Virus record (IMG/VR): IMGVR_UViG_3300029288_000138
Span: 1-64,000 of that record
Direction: 5' to 3' (one strand)
DNA: 64,000 bases
DNA from: a virus
Lineage: Duplodnaviria; Caudoviricetes
Both the position numbers and the translations under genes were made by a program. This document shows positions 46,477 through 55,534 of the stretch, piece after piece. The notes beneath the pieces are model-generated. The model searched no databases and was not told the origin of the DNA. It saw only the letters and a program-made list of their open reading frames with translations. Every line of letters starts with the position of its first letter. Position 1 is the stretch's first letter.

Positions 46477-46935
46477 ATGCCAGAAATGAAACCGGCCAGT
46501 GGAGTAAAATTTAATACACCTCACTATGATGAAATACAGCAAATATTAAATTATTTACAAAAAGTAACTGGAGCTCAATATACTAATTGCTATTCAGATG
46601 TATCAAAAGTATATAGAGCAAAATTAAAACAAAATACAGTATTATTAAGTGCACCGACTGCATCAGAAATTGTTAACACTATAGGTGCTACTGTTACTTG
46701 GATAGCTATAGATACTGGTTCTTATGTAGCATCAGCATCATCTGAGATTTTTTCAACGGGATCTTTGAGCTGCTGGGCACATTTAGGTTCACCAATGTCT
46801 CACAGTTTAGAAGCAAATGTTTATATTACACCATCTGGTAGTAAAGGTGACCAATGTGTGTTAAAAGTATATGACACCGGCTCAGTATTAACAGACGGGT
46901 TTGATAACTTGTTTGTAGAAATCAAAATTGCATAA
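46477..46935 (+). CDS. Hypothetical protein
   Basis: 152 aa, strong RBS, late-type motif upstream. Confidence 0.6.
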   Translation: MPEMKPASGVKFNTPHYDEIQQILNYLQKVTGAQYTNCYSDVSKVYRAKLKQNTVLLSAPTASEIVNTIGATVTWIAIDTGSYVASASSEIFSTGSLSCWAHLGSPMSHSLEANVYITPSGSKGDQCVLKVYDTGSVLTDGFDNLFVEIKIA

Positions 46936-47055
46936 TTAAACCAAAATTTTTGTTTTGTTATAAAGTATTTTTCTATATAGTCTAGTAATGGACTTATAGA
47001 ATTACTTTGTTTGTACATATGCTCCTATAATTCAATAAGTTGAAATTTCATAAAA

Positions 47056-47128
47056 GCCACAGTAGTTTAATTGGGAAAACGACTGACTTGTAATCAGTAG
47101 AGAGTGGGTTCGATTCCAACCTGTGGCT
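47056..47128 (+). tRNA. trnT: tRNA-Thr(TGT)
   Basis: ACTGA-CTTGTAA-TCAGT. Confidence 0.9.
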
Positions 47129-47142
47129 CTAATCTTTATTAT

Positions 47143-47213
47143 ACCTCAGTAGTTCAATGGTAGAATGGGTGACTGATATTCATCTGATAGTAGTTCAATT
47201 CTATTCTGGGGTA
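47143..47213 (+). tRNA. trnI: tRNA-Ile(GAT)
   Basis: GGTGA-CTGATAT-TCATC. Confidence 0.85.
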
Positions 47214-47218
47214 CTATT

Positions 47219-47290
47219 GCCTTTGTAATTCAATTGAAAGAATGATTGATCCGTAATCAATTTATACTAGTTTGAGTCTAGTCAAAGGCT
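47219..47290 (+). tRNA. trnT: tRNA-Thr(CGT), degenerate (C33, altered D and T loops)
   Basis: ATTGA-TCCGTAA-TCAAT; acceptor GCCTTTG/CAAAGGC. Confidence 0.7.
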
Positions 47291-47428
47291 CAAAGATTTT
47301 TCTTGTTTATATGTAATATATTCATTAAATTATTTTGAAAATTGAAAATATGTATTTTATCAATAATTATATATATCTAATTGAAAAAGACTAAGTAATC
47401 AAAGAGAAAATAAAAGGAAAAATAAACA

Positions 47429-47899
47429 TTGAGAGGGTTTGCTTGTATTGGATTAGATAATCCAAAATTTATTGGAAATATAGGGGGCGTTTTACGAGCC
47501 TGCAATAATTATAATGCTTCTTTAATTGTAATTTCGGGTCAAAGATTTAAAAAGCAATGTACAGATACTACAAAGGCATATCGTCGTATCCCGCTTTTGC
47601 AAGTAGAAAATCTTAAAGATGCAATTCCTTATGATTGTGTTCCCGTTGCAGTGGATTTAATAGAAGGCGCGAGGTCGTTACCAGAATATACTCATCCGGA
47701 AAGGGCGTTTTATATTTTTGGTGCTGAAGATGCTACTCTTGGAGAAAGAATACTTTCTTGGTGCAGGGATATAGTTTATATTCCAACCAACAGATGTATA
47801 AATTTAGCAGCAACCGTTAATGTTGTGCTATATGATAGACTTGCAAAACAACTCAATATGAAAGGGGAGAAATATGAAAGCAAAAGATTATTTGAATAA
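47429..47899 (+). CDS. SPOUT-family (SpoU/TrmH/TrmL-like) RNA 2'-O-methyltransferase
   Basis: LDNPKFIGNIGGVLRAC, YIFGAED, IPTNRCINLAATVNVVLYDR motifs. Confidence 0.85.
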   Translation: MRGFACIGLDNPKFIGNIGGVLRACNNYNASLIVISGQRFKKQCTDTTKAYRRIPLLQVENLKDAIPYDCVPVAVDLIEGARSLPEYTHPERAFYIFGAEDATLGERILSWCRDIVYIPTNRCINLAATVNVVLYDRLAKQLNMKGEKYESKRLFE

Positions 47900-48071
47900 A
47901 AAATTAGTTCCAGATCCAATTAAAGGTAAGCCAATTGTTTGTCCATGTTGTGGGAAATTTATTGGTTACGATAAGGACTTTATGTTTATGGTAATTCAAA
48001 GACCAGGAATTGTCTGCCCAGATTGTGATGAAATTGTTATTCCTTGTAGTAACATAACCAATATAATATAA
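47874..48071 (+). CDS. Small zinc-ribbon protein
   Basis: CPCCG...CPDC. Confidence 0.55.
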   Translation: MKAKDYLNKKLVPDPIKGKPIVCPCCGKFIGYDKDFMFMVIQRPGIVCPDCDEIVIPCSNITNII

Positions 48072-48084
48072 CAATCAATTATTT

Positions 48085-48157
48085 GTGCCCATAGTGAAAC
48101 GGATTATCACAGTGGCCTTCTAAGCCTCTAGTCCAAGTTCAAATCTTGGTGGGCATA
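48085..48157 (+). tRNA. trnR: tRNA-Arg(TCT)
   Basis: GTGGC-CTTCTAA-GCCTC. Confidence 0.85.
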
Positions 48158-48185
48158 CGCATACATTTACAACAAGGAGTATATT

Positions 48186-48446
48186 ATGAATTCAGAGTCA
48201 AAAGACCATAAAGAATTTACCGAAGAGGAATGTAATTTGATCTTAAATGCATTACTATTTTCTGCGAATGAAGATATGTGCGCAAATTTTAGTGATAATG
48301 ATAATAGCAATATGATGTCATTAGCATCAAAAATAGAAAAAATCTATCCTGATATGTTACCTGATTTAATCTATGCCGTTAGATATAAACATAATACTAG
48401 TAACATGAAGATACTGAAAAAACTCAAAGTAAATATTGAACAGTAG
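48186..48446 (+). CDS. Hypothetical protein
   Basis: 86 aa with AAGGAG RBS. Confidence 0.55.
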   Translation: MNSESKDHKEFTEEECNLILNALLFSANEDMCANFSDNDNSNMMSLASKIEKIYPDMLPDLIYAVRYKHNTSNMKILKKLKVNIEQ

Positions 48447-48530
48447 CCCCGATGGCGGAATGGTATACTGCAACAGACTTAAAATCTGTCGTCCTTTATG
48501 GGCATGTAAGTTCAAATCTTACTCGGGGTA
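48446..48530 (+). tRNA. trnL: tRNA-Leu(TAA)
   Basis: ACAGA-CTTAAAA-TCTGT; variable arm. Confidence 0.9.
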
Positions 48531-48542
48531 CACTGATAGTAT

Positions 48543-48626
48543 GCATCTATAGACGAATTGGCATAGTCAACAGGCTTAGACCCTGTGCCTGTTATAGGCG
48601 TGGTGGTTCAACTCCACTTAGATGCA
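48543..48626 (+). tRNA. trnL: tRNA-Leu(TAG)
   Basis: ACAGG-CTTAGAC-CCTGT; variable arm. Confidence 0.9.
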
Positions 48627-48637
48627 CTTTTGAAATT

Positions 48638-48710
48638 GGATTCGTGGTCTAATGGCAAGGGCACTAGATTGTCGATCTAGACGATGCCAGTTCAAATCTG
48701 GTCGAATCCG
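48638..48710 (+). tRNA. trnD: tRNA-Asp(GTC)
   Basis: CTAGA-TTGTCGA-TCTAG. Confidence 0.9.
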
Positions 48711-48779
48711 CTAAAAATAGTTCTTTGATTTTATAGTATTTTTAATTAAATTTAGAGGGTTAAATAAAAAGGAAACTGA

Positions 48780-49403
48780 ATGAATTCTATAACATTCCAA
48801 AATAAAATAGAAGGATTTAATAACAAAATAACATTTTCAGAAGATGCCGATAGAATTGTTTCTGTTATTGTATATAGTAGTGCAAAATTTTACAAAGAAT
48901 TTAAAAATATAAAATTAAAGCATTTATTGAAAATTATTACATCTGGATATATTGAAGATACTGGAAATTTATACACTGATATTTTATTTTCTAAATCTGA
49001 TACAGATAAATTAATAAACTGGTTAATTGAAACTAGAGCATTTAAAGAAAATAAAAAGAGAATTATGCCAGTCGCCATAGAATATGAAGGAGAAATTATT
49101 GGATATTCTATGAATTGCGCCTGTTTTAGTCCAAGTCATTGTATACGATTTCACAAAAAAGATAGATTTGATATGCATGAAAATATCAATTACTTATTTT
49201 CTTTTGAAGCTAATTTGGAATGGGTATATTATGATGATTCTAATAATCGAAATGATATTGAGATTTTTGACAGGATTAGAATTATAGCAAAAAGATTTGC
49301 TGATACTATTCTAGAAAGACCAGTAACATTTTCATCCGAATTTATGTTTAATTACCATACAAATCAAGTTGTAGATTTTGTTAATATTTTAAATGGATTT
49401 TAA
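48780..49403 (+). CDS. Hypothetical protein
   Basis: 207 aa uninterrupted ORF. Confidence 0.55.
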   Translation: MNSITFQNKIEGFNNKITFSEDADRIVSVIVYSSAKFYKEFKNIKLKHLLKIITSGYIEDTGNLYTDILFSKSDTDKLINWLIETRAFKENKKRIMPVAIEYEGEIIGYSMNCACFSPSHCIRFHKKDRFDMHENINYLFSFEANLEWVYYDDSNNRNDIEIFDRIRIIAKRFADTILERPVTFSSEFMFNYHTNQVVDFVNILNGF

Positions 49404-49434
49404 ATAAACAATAAGTTAAAAACAGGAGGCAAAT

Positions 49435-50130
49435 ATGCCATATAAAAAAGATAATGTATTCACGAAATTTATACGAAAACTTAGGCGACATGGATATGTC
49501 AGTGGAACCACATTGTCATCTTCAGTACTATATTATGATTTTGGGGGTGGGGGACTCGCTTCTACCAATAGTAATGATCCAAATTCTTTACAACATAAAG
49601 ATACTAGAGAAGCAAAAAAACCAGTAGAAATATATAATGAAATCATTTCGGAATCCCCAATACTTGATTTAACAAACTTAGATGAAAAAATAAAAATTGT
49701 ATATAAACGATTACAAGCACTGGAAGAATTAGGAATGCATCCAACGGATGAAAATACCGCATTGCAATATTTAAGAGCCAGAAAAAAGTTTAAAGAATAT
49801 TCAGAATTAAAGTGGGCGGCCACCAATCAAGATTTGATTAATAAACTTTGTGCAAAATATAAAGTAAAGCAAGTAACATTTAATTTGTATTACAAAAGTG
49901 TCCCGAATGAAGGAATAGATGAAATTGAAAAATTTGCAGAAATATTTAAAAAAATAATCAGAAAAGAAGATATTACAAATATGTTACATTTGATTATTGA
50001 TGATGGCGGCGAAGAAACGAAGAAAGACCCGATTCTTCTTGCAAAATCACCATTTGGAAATTATTTTTATATTCTTGGTGCGTGGGATAAAGAAGTAGAA
50101 ATAGTTGATAAATTAGTATATAATGCTTAA
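49435..50130 (+). CDS. Conserved phage hypothetical protein
   Basis: C-terminal KKDPILLAKSPFGNYFYILGAWD pattern. Confidence 0.65.
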   Translation: MPYKKDNVFTKFIRKLRRHGYVSGTTLSSSVLYYDFGGGGLASTNSNDPNSLQHKDTREAKKPVEIYNEIISESPILDLTNLDEKIKIVYKRLQALEELGMHPTDENTALQYLRARKKFKEYSELKWAATNQDLINKLCAKYKVKQVTFNLYYKSVPNEGIDEIEKFAEIFKKIIRKEDITNMLHLIIDDGGEETKKDPILLAKSPFGNYFYILGAWDKEVEIVDKLVYNA

Positions 50131-50177
50131 AAACACTAATATATAGAAAAAATAATTGGTTTTGGAGGAAACATATA

Positions 50178-50315
50178 ATGCAAAACATCGAGAAATTTAG
50201 ATATTTTTGTTATATCATATGAGTATTATTAGAACCAATCATGTTATATTTTTTAATTAAATATTGTATAACAATTACAAAGTTATTAAATTTAATACTA
50301 ATAAAATTACAGTAA
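50178..50315 (+). CDS. Small hydrophobic peptide (45 aa, one TGA)
   Basis: GGAGG RBS; TAA stop. Confidence 0.4.
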
Positions 50316-50327
50316 AAGGAGAATGAA

Positions 50328-50621
50328 ATGCCAGAAAAAATTAAATTATACAGAGGAATAGATGCTTGGAGTGCAGTACATCTATTGGGTTGCTATTTTC
50401 TAATGACTTTGGGATTGCAATGACATGAAACAGTAACATTAGGAATTTTATGAGAAGGAATAGATTACATTTATTCATGTTATTCTGATAAGTTACCAAC
50501 GTGGGTATCTTTAATATTTGATCCGAGAGGCGCAGATATAATGGATATAGTAATGGATTCAATTGGAATTCTACTATTCATTGGACTTAGATATTTTGGT
50601 ATTTATATGTTTTTTGCATAA
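50328..50621 (+). CDS. Small membrane protein (97 aa, TGA=Trp)
   Basis: AAGGAG RBS; ...LGIL-W-EGID...DIVMDSIG; two TGA and two TGG; directly upstream of the UCA tRNA. Confidence 0.6.
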
Positions 50622-50634
50622 ATATTTATATAAT

Positions 50635-50937
50635 AGGTGGGTATCTCAACTGGTAGAGACACGGTCTTTAACTAAGGAGCTTTATATTGGAAACAGTATA
50701 AATGAAAGAGAATGATATCGGTGAACCCTGTAAAATGGCAATACCGAGGGAATAGATTTTTTAATCTAGCCCGTAGAGAGCAGATAATTCTCAACCTAAG
50801 TTATATTTTTGTAATATGGTTAAGATGTGCTCCAGACTACAAACAACTTTTAGTTGGTGGTGAAAATCATAGTAGTATGCAAAACCGTATCGGGCCTCCA
50901 AAGCCTGGGCATGCGGGTTCAACTCCTGCCCCACCTG
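50635..50937 (+). tRNA. Intron-containing tRNA-Trp-like gene with UCA anticodon (exons 50635-50668 and 50880-50937) and a second CCA-loop arm
   Basis: Acceptor AGGTGGG/CCCACCT with G73; D arm TCTC/GAGA; spliced arm ACGGT-CTTCAAA-ACCGT; extra arm CGGGC-CTCCAAA-GCCTG; T arm GCGGG-TTCAACT-CCTGC. Confidence 0.85.
50669..50879 (+). mobile_element. Group I intron (211 nt, trnL/IC3-like) between U34 and C35
   Basis: P1 CTT/GAG; P2 with GAAA loop; P3 GAGAAT/ATTCTC; P4 CGGT/ACCG; P7 GAGC/GCTC; P8 AACC/GGTT; ends ...GTATG. Confidence 0.85.
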
Positions 50938-50963
50938 CGAGTAATTAATAAAAGGAGTTATGT

Positions 50964-51194
50964 ATGAAAGAATTTTTAAATCATATAGTTGATGTAAAAA
51001 TAGACAATGAATTAAATCGAGGTTTAGTTATAGCAACTCACGAATTTAAAGAAATGCAAGATACAGAATCACCAGATGATATGCCAAGTTTTTTAGATAA
51101 AGTTAAAGTTACTGTTTATTTTCCGTTATATAAAAGATGTATGAAATTAGATTCAAATCAAATAATTAATGTTAGAGAAGAATTTCAATTATAA
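50964..51194 (+). CDS. Hypothetical protein
   Basis: 76 aa with RBS. Confidence 0.55.
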   Translation: MKEFLNHIVDVKIDNELNRGLVIATHEFKEMQDTESPDDMPSFLDKVKVTVYFPLYKRCMKLDSNQIINVREEFQL

Positions 51195-51199
51195 AATAT

Positions 51200-51271
51200 T
51201 CCCCGATCGTATAATTGGCAGTACACTAGGCCTTGGACCTGGTTATAGTGGTTCGAATCCATTTCGGGGAG
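51200..51271 (+). tRNA. trnQ: tRNA-Gln(TTG), C33
   Basis: CTAGG-CCTTGGA-CCTGG. Confidence 0.8.
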
Positions 51272-51282
51272 CATAATATTTA

Positions 51283-51359
51283 GCCTTGATAGTTTAATCT
51301 GGCAGAACATCTGGCTTACATCCAGAAGATTGAAAGTTCAAATCTTTCTCAAGGTACCA
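51283..51359 (+). tRNA. trnV: tRNA-Val(TAC)
   Basis: TCTGG-CTTACAT-CCAGA; encoded CCA. Confidence 0.9.
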
Positions 51360-51594
51360 ATAAAAAATAGTATTTGTTTTATATCTGTTTTTTCATTAAA
51401 TTATATTGTTATTTAATTATAGAGGGTTACAATGAAAGATGAAGAAATAATGGCATTGGTTGAACAAGAAGCAAATGAGTTTCGAGTTCAACATGATATG
51501 TGTATTCTTATTCCAGACCATTTGTTAATAATGGCTATTCTGACTGGGGTAAAAATGGGAATGGATTTGTTTAACAAAGAAATTAAAAAACTCA

Positions 51595-52416
51595 ATGAAT
51601 AAATTAGAATATGAAACAAATTTAATCAAAGATCTGAATAAAGAATTATTCTCGGAAATAATTCCTAAACATTCGGAGAAATTACAGTTTGATTTACTCA
51701 AGCATAGTGCAATTCTATCATATCGAGGTTCTTTAACTAACGGCACTTATATACCAGATTCAATTGATGACATTGATATAATTGGTATAATTATTCCCCC
51801 AATTGAATATGTCCTTGGCAATAAACAATTTGGTAGTAGAGATACTATAGAAATAAAAGATGGGAAATGGGATATTGTTTTATATTCAATCAAAAAATTC
51901 TTTAATCTATTAGTAAAAAATAATCCAAACATTGTTAGTGTATTATGGTTACCTGAAAGATTTGATATTCATATAAATGAAATTGGCATTGAAATTATAA
52001 AACACAGAGAAGAATTCATTAATAAAAACATATACAATTCTTTTCTGGGCTATGCTAATGATCAATTAAATAGGATGACTAAATTTACTTTTGAAGGATA
52101 CATGGGCGAAAAAAGAAAGCAACTAGTTAACAAATATGGATTTGATTGTAAGAATGCATCACACCTAATTCGATTACTAAAAATGGCATTAGAAGTAATT
52201 GTAACTAAGAAATTTATTGTTTATCGAGAAAACGATGCCGATGAACTAGTAGCAATAAAAAGAGGTGATTGGTCAATTGAAAAAGTAAAAAAATATGCTA
52301 ATGATTTATTTGCTAGTATTGAATTACTTCGGGGAAGTACACAATTACCAGATGAAAATTATGACGCTGCAAATAAGTTACTAATAGAATTATCAAAAAA
52401 GTTTTATAGGATATAA
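51595..52416 (+). CDS. Pol-beta-superfamily nucleotidyltransferase (YcgL-like)
   Basis: RGSLTNGT...DDIDIIG, NNPNIVSVL, FDCKNASHLIRLL motifs. Confidence 0.8.
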   Translation: MNKLEYETNLIKDLNKELFSEIIPKHSEKLQFDLLKHSAILSYRGSLTNGTYIPDSIDDIDIIGIIIPPIEYVLGNKQFGSRDTIEIKDGKWDIVLYSIKKFFNLLVKNNPNIVSVLWLPERFDIHINEIGIEIIKHREEFINKNIYNSFLGYANDQLNRMTKFTFEGYMGEKRKQLVNKYGFDCKNASHLIRLLKMALEVIVTKKFIVYRENDADELVAIKRGDWSIEKVKKYANDLFASIELLRGSTQLPDENYDAANKLLIELSKKFYRI

Positions 52417-52420
52417 ATTT

Positions 52421-52864
52421 ATGATGAAAATTATATTTAAAATTTGTCAAATACTTATTGGCGTTTTAACTCCACTGGCTTTATTTGTTTTAACATATCA
52501 ACCACTATTAGAAAAGTGTAAACCAGGATTTGTATGCCCAAAATATGTTCTTATTTTTTACAGTATTTATATATGGGCTCTAATATTAGTATATATTATG
52601 AATTTGATATTAGTTGCTGCAGAAGATATAACTAGAAATGATCATTTATTTATATCAATTATTGTAACTAAATTAATTGATAATATTACTATAATGATAA
52701 CATGCATTGGGTTTGTAGTAGTATTGTGGTTATTAGATAGGAAATATGAATCTATTTTAATGATATCTGGAGTAGTTTCAAATTATCTAATAATAACTAC
52801 CAGAATTTCTTACAATAAGAAATTCAAACAAGAAATTGAGAAAAAAATTAGTAAAATAAAGTAA
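52421..52864 (+). CDS. Membrane protein (about four TM segments)
   Basis: Hydrophobic segments. Confidence 0.6.
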   Translation: MMKIIFKICQILIGVLTPLALFVLTYQPLLEKCKPGFVCPKYVLIFYSIYIWALILVYIMNLILVAAEDITRNDHLFISIIVTKLIDNITIMITCIGFVVVLWLLDRKYESILMISGVVSNYLIITTRISYNKKFKQEIEKKISKIK

Positions 52865-52874
52865 GGAGTTAAAA

Positions 52875-53228
52875 ATGATAGAATTTGAACTTGAATTACT
52901 AGATAAATTTTATTGGAATATTGATAGATATTACCCATATAGTAGTGTATATCTGGTAGATCGTATTCTCGAATTCGACGGATTAACAAATAATAATGAT
53001 ACAATTAATTTTATACATTCTGTTAGAGACAATATCGATCAAAGGTTAATTAATAGCATCGTTAAAAGGTCATCTGACAATAAATCAGTTGTTCGATTTA
53101 CTAATGAAAAAACTAAAAACAAACATATATTTATGTGTTTTTATGATAATAGTCTATATATCGGAGCATCTATTAAAAAACGAGATTCTGGTATATTTTA
53201 TGATTTGATAAATAAACTGGTAAAATAG
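52875..53228 (+). CDS. Hypothetical protein
   Basis: 117 aa with RBS. Confidence 0.55.
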   Translation: MIEFELELLDKFYWNIDRYYPYSSVYLVDRILEFDGLTNNNDTINFIHSVRDNIDQRLINSIVKRSSDNKSVVRFTNEKTKNKHIFMCFYDNSLYIGASIKKRDSGIFYDLINKLVK

Positions 53229-53243
53229 TAACAGGAGTTAGAT

Positions 53244-53747
53244 ATGATAAAATATAGTATATTTGCTGGCAAGTTTAATCCGCCCCATTATGGTCATTGT
53301 TTTGCTATTGATAAAGCATTAGTAGTTAATCCGGAGAATATAATACTAATTTGCCCTTACATAGATAATAGCATGTCAGAGGAACAATATAATAATGTGT
53401 TAACTATGAGTAAATTATTTTTTGTTAATCTATATTTAGAAGACTCGTATAAAATAATAAACTATAGATATTCACAATTTGCCGACTTATTAGAATATTT
53501 AACAATAACTTTAAAACAAGCATCATTCAATATAATCATTGATAATAATACTAAATTATCAGAATGGAAAAAATATAATAGAATAATTGATGAAAATACA
53601 TTTACAATTATAAAAAGAGATCTGAATATTAATGGTTCAATGATTAGGTCTTTATGTGAGAATAAAGAATATGATGGTGCAACTAAACATACATCAGAAG
53701 AAGTAATAGAATACGTAAAAACCAACAATCTATATCAAAGGAGTTAG
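53244..53747 (+). CDS. HxGH nucleotidyltransferase (NadD-like)
   Basis: FAGKFNPPHYGH, LSEWKKY, INGSMIRS motifs. Confidence 0.7.
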   Translation: MIKYSIFAGKFNPPHYGHCFAIDKALVVNPENIILICPYIDNSMSEEQYNNVLTMSKLFFVNLYLEDSYKIINYRYSQFADLLEYLTITLKQASFNIIIDNNTKLSEWKKYNRIIDENTFTIIKRDLNINGSMIRSLCENKEYDGATKHTSEEVIEYVKTNNLYQRS

Positions 53748-53749
53748 TT

Positions 53750-54049
53750 ATGGAAAAAATACTAGTAAAGAAAAGAATTTCAATATGGAGTCTGAGGGAT
53801 CAACAATTGAATTTACAACAATTGCAAGACAAAATAAAATCTTTACAATCTAGAGGTTGGTCTGAAATAACATTCAATATAAACTGGGAACGAGAATTTA
53901 CTTTTTATGGAAAAAGATTAGAAAGAGATAAAGAATTCAAAACTAGAATGAATAAACTAAAAATGAAATTAAAAAAATTAGGTGAAAAAATTAAAAAAGA
54001 TAAAGAAGAATATATCAAATTATCAATACAAATATCTGACTCTGAATAA
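53750..54049 (+). CDS. Hypothetical protein
   Basis: 99 aa, coiled C-terminus. Confidence 0.55.
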   Translation: MEKILVKKRISIWSLRDQQLNLQQLQDKIKSLQSRGWSEITFNINWEREFTFYGKRLERDKEFKTRMNKLKMKLKKLGEKIKKDKEEYIKLSIQISDSE

Positions 54050-54217
54050 AAAAAATAAGTTTTTCTCTATTTTTTTACCATTTTTTTATATTTATATATG
54101 TAAAACTCAAATCAATTAGTGAAGTGCTATCTTAAAACAGCATTTGAGTATATAGTCTATATAAATTCATTAGTTGATTGCGGGAAATAAAAATATAACC
54201 CAAAAAGGAGAATCATT

Positions 54218-54982
54218 ATGAAAAAGAATGACGTTAGTGTTTCATTGGCAATTAATGGTAATTTGCTAAAAGAAAAAGTTATTAATAGTATTCCAACATT
54301 TCATCTATTAGATGACACAGAATTTGCATTAGTTATAGACAATATGTCTAGAACCAAATATGCAGTGGATGTAATAATAGATGGAAAAAATCAATCTCAT
54401 AGATTAATACTAAGAGAAGGTGAACATGTTAATCTAGAAAGATGGTTTGAGGATAATAGGAAATTCAAATTTGTTACATATGATGCTTTAAAGAATAATC
54501 CAGGTATTGCTAATAATGGAAACATTACTTTAAAGTTTTATAAAGAACGAGTAGATCAACCTGTAATTACTTATACTCGATGAACTCCACAATATTATAC
54601 TAATACTGGAACTATATATCCATTGTCTTGGCCATCAACTGGTGATTTCGTTTCATGCGCCACCGCTGGCAACAAAACGCGTTGTGTTGCCAGCAACACA
54701 ACGGGTGGTTCTATTCAATTAGTTAATAATGCACTATCAGCTGATACTATAAAAACAGGCAAAACTGAAATGGGCAATATTTCTAATCAAGAATTCAATA
54801 CAGATTATTTTTCTACTTTTGAATATTTCCCTTCATTTGAAATTAACATGAAATTATTACCAGCAGAGGTTGCTCATTACGAATATAAAACAACTAATGA
54901 TACAAGAGTATACTGCTCAGAATGCGGTAGAAAAATAAAAAATGGTTGAAAATATTGTGCTGGTTGCGGAAAAAAAGTATAA
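54218..54982 (+). CDS. Hypothetical protein with C-terminal double zinc ribbon (254 aa, TGA=Trp)
   Basis: TGA 54581 and 54947 read through give CSECGRKIKNG-W-KYCAGCG. Confidence 0.7.
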
Positions 54983-55059
54983 ATTTATCTTGTTTTCTAT
55001 TCAGTATTATATTAAATTATAGAGTTATTTAAAATTAATTAGTTATTTGAAAATAGAAA

Positions 55060-55385
55060 TGGGAGGTGGCGAGAATCGTATGGTTCATGTTTGTTCATTA
55101 ATCAGGCCTACGACGTTAGTCACCCCCTAGGTTTTTTGAAAATTTTGTCTCTCATATCAAATAGTATATGAGGAAACAGCATTGTCAAAAAAGCGAATGA
55201 GTACACCCGCAAGGCCTCTGGAGTCGCCAAGCGTCTTTAAGTCTTGCGGGAAAGATTTTTGAAAATTGAATATGCTCGGCGGAATAGATACTTGTATACG
55301 GGTTACTATTTCAGAACTCACAAGTCTACTGCATAAGTTGAGATAGATTTATCTTAGACAAGTCGATGGGTGGTCGATCCGAGCA
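55060..55385 (+). ncRNA. Array of unclassified structured RNAs
   Basis: Stems GGGAGGTGGC/GTCACCCCC, CTCATAT/ATATGAG, CCCGCAAG/CTTGCGGG and TGCTCGG/CCGAGCA, separated by TTTGAAAAT spacers. Confidence 0.55.
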
Positions 55386-55390
55386 GAAAA

Positions 55391-55509
55391 GGCTACTGTG
55401 GCGGAATAAATAGCATGCTTGGCAGACGCACGGCAAGATGTGTGGTGGGAAGCCAGATTAACCTTTAACATACATACATCATACGGGTTGAAATCCCGTC
55501 AGTAGCCCA
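55391..55509 (+). ncRNA. tRNA-like RNA B
   Basis: Same acceptor stem as RNA A; expanded D loop; irregular long anticodon-side stem; T arm ACGGG-TTGAAAT-CCCGT. Confidence 0.7.
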
Positions 55510-55534
55510 AAGTTTTTTAATGAAATTGTTATAT

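Noticed and set aside
50635-50937. tRNA-Sec interpretation of the UCA tRNA
   Set aside because: 7-bp acceptor, canonical 4-bp D stem with GG loop and Trp identity pairs, unlike the 8/5 tRNA-Sec fold. SerRS charging through the extra arm is not formally excluded.
44447-50948. Track ORFs 44447 (N-terminal part), 45096, 48452 and 50712
   Set aside because: They overlap tRNA genes or the tRNA intron and have no RBS; chance ORFs in structured RNA.
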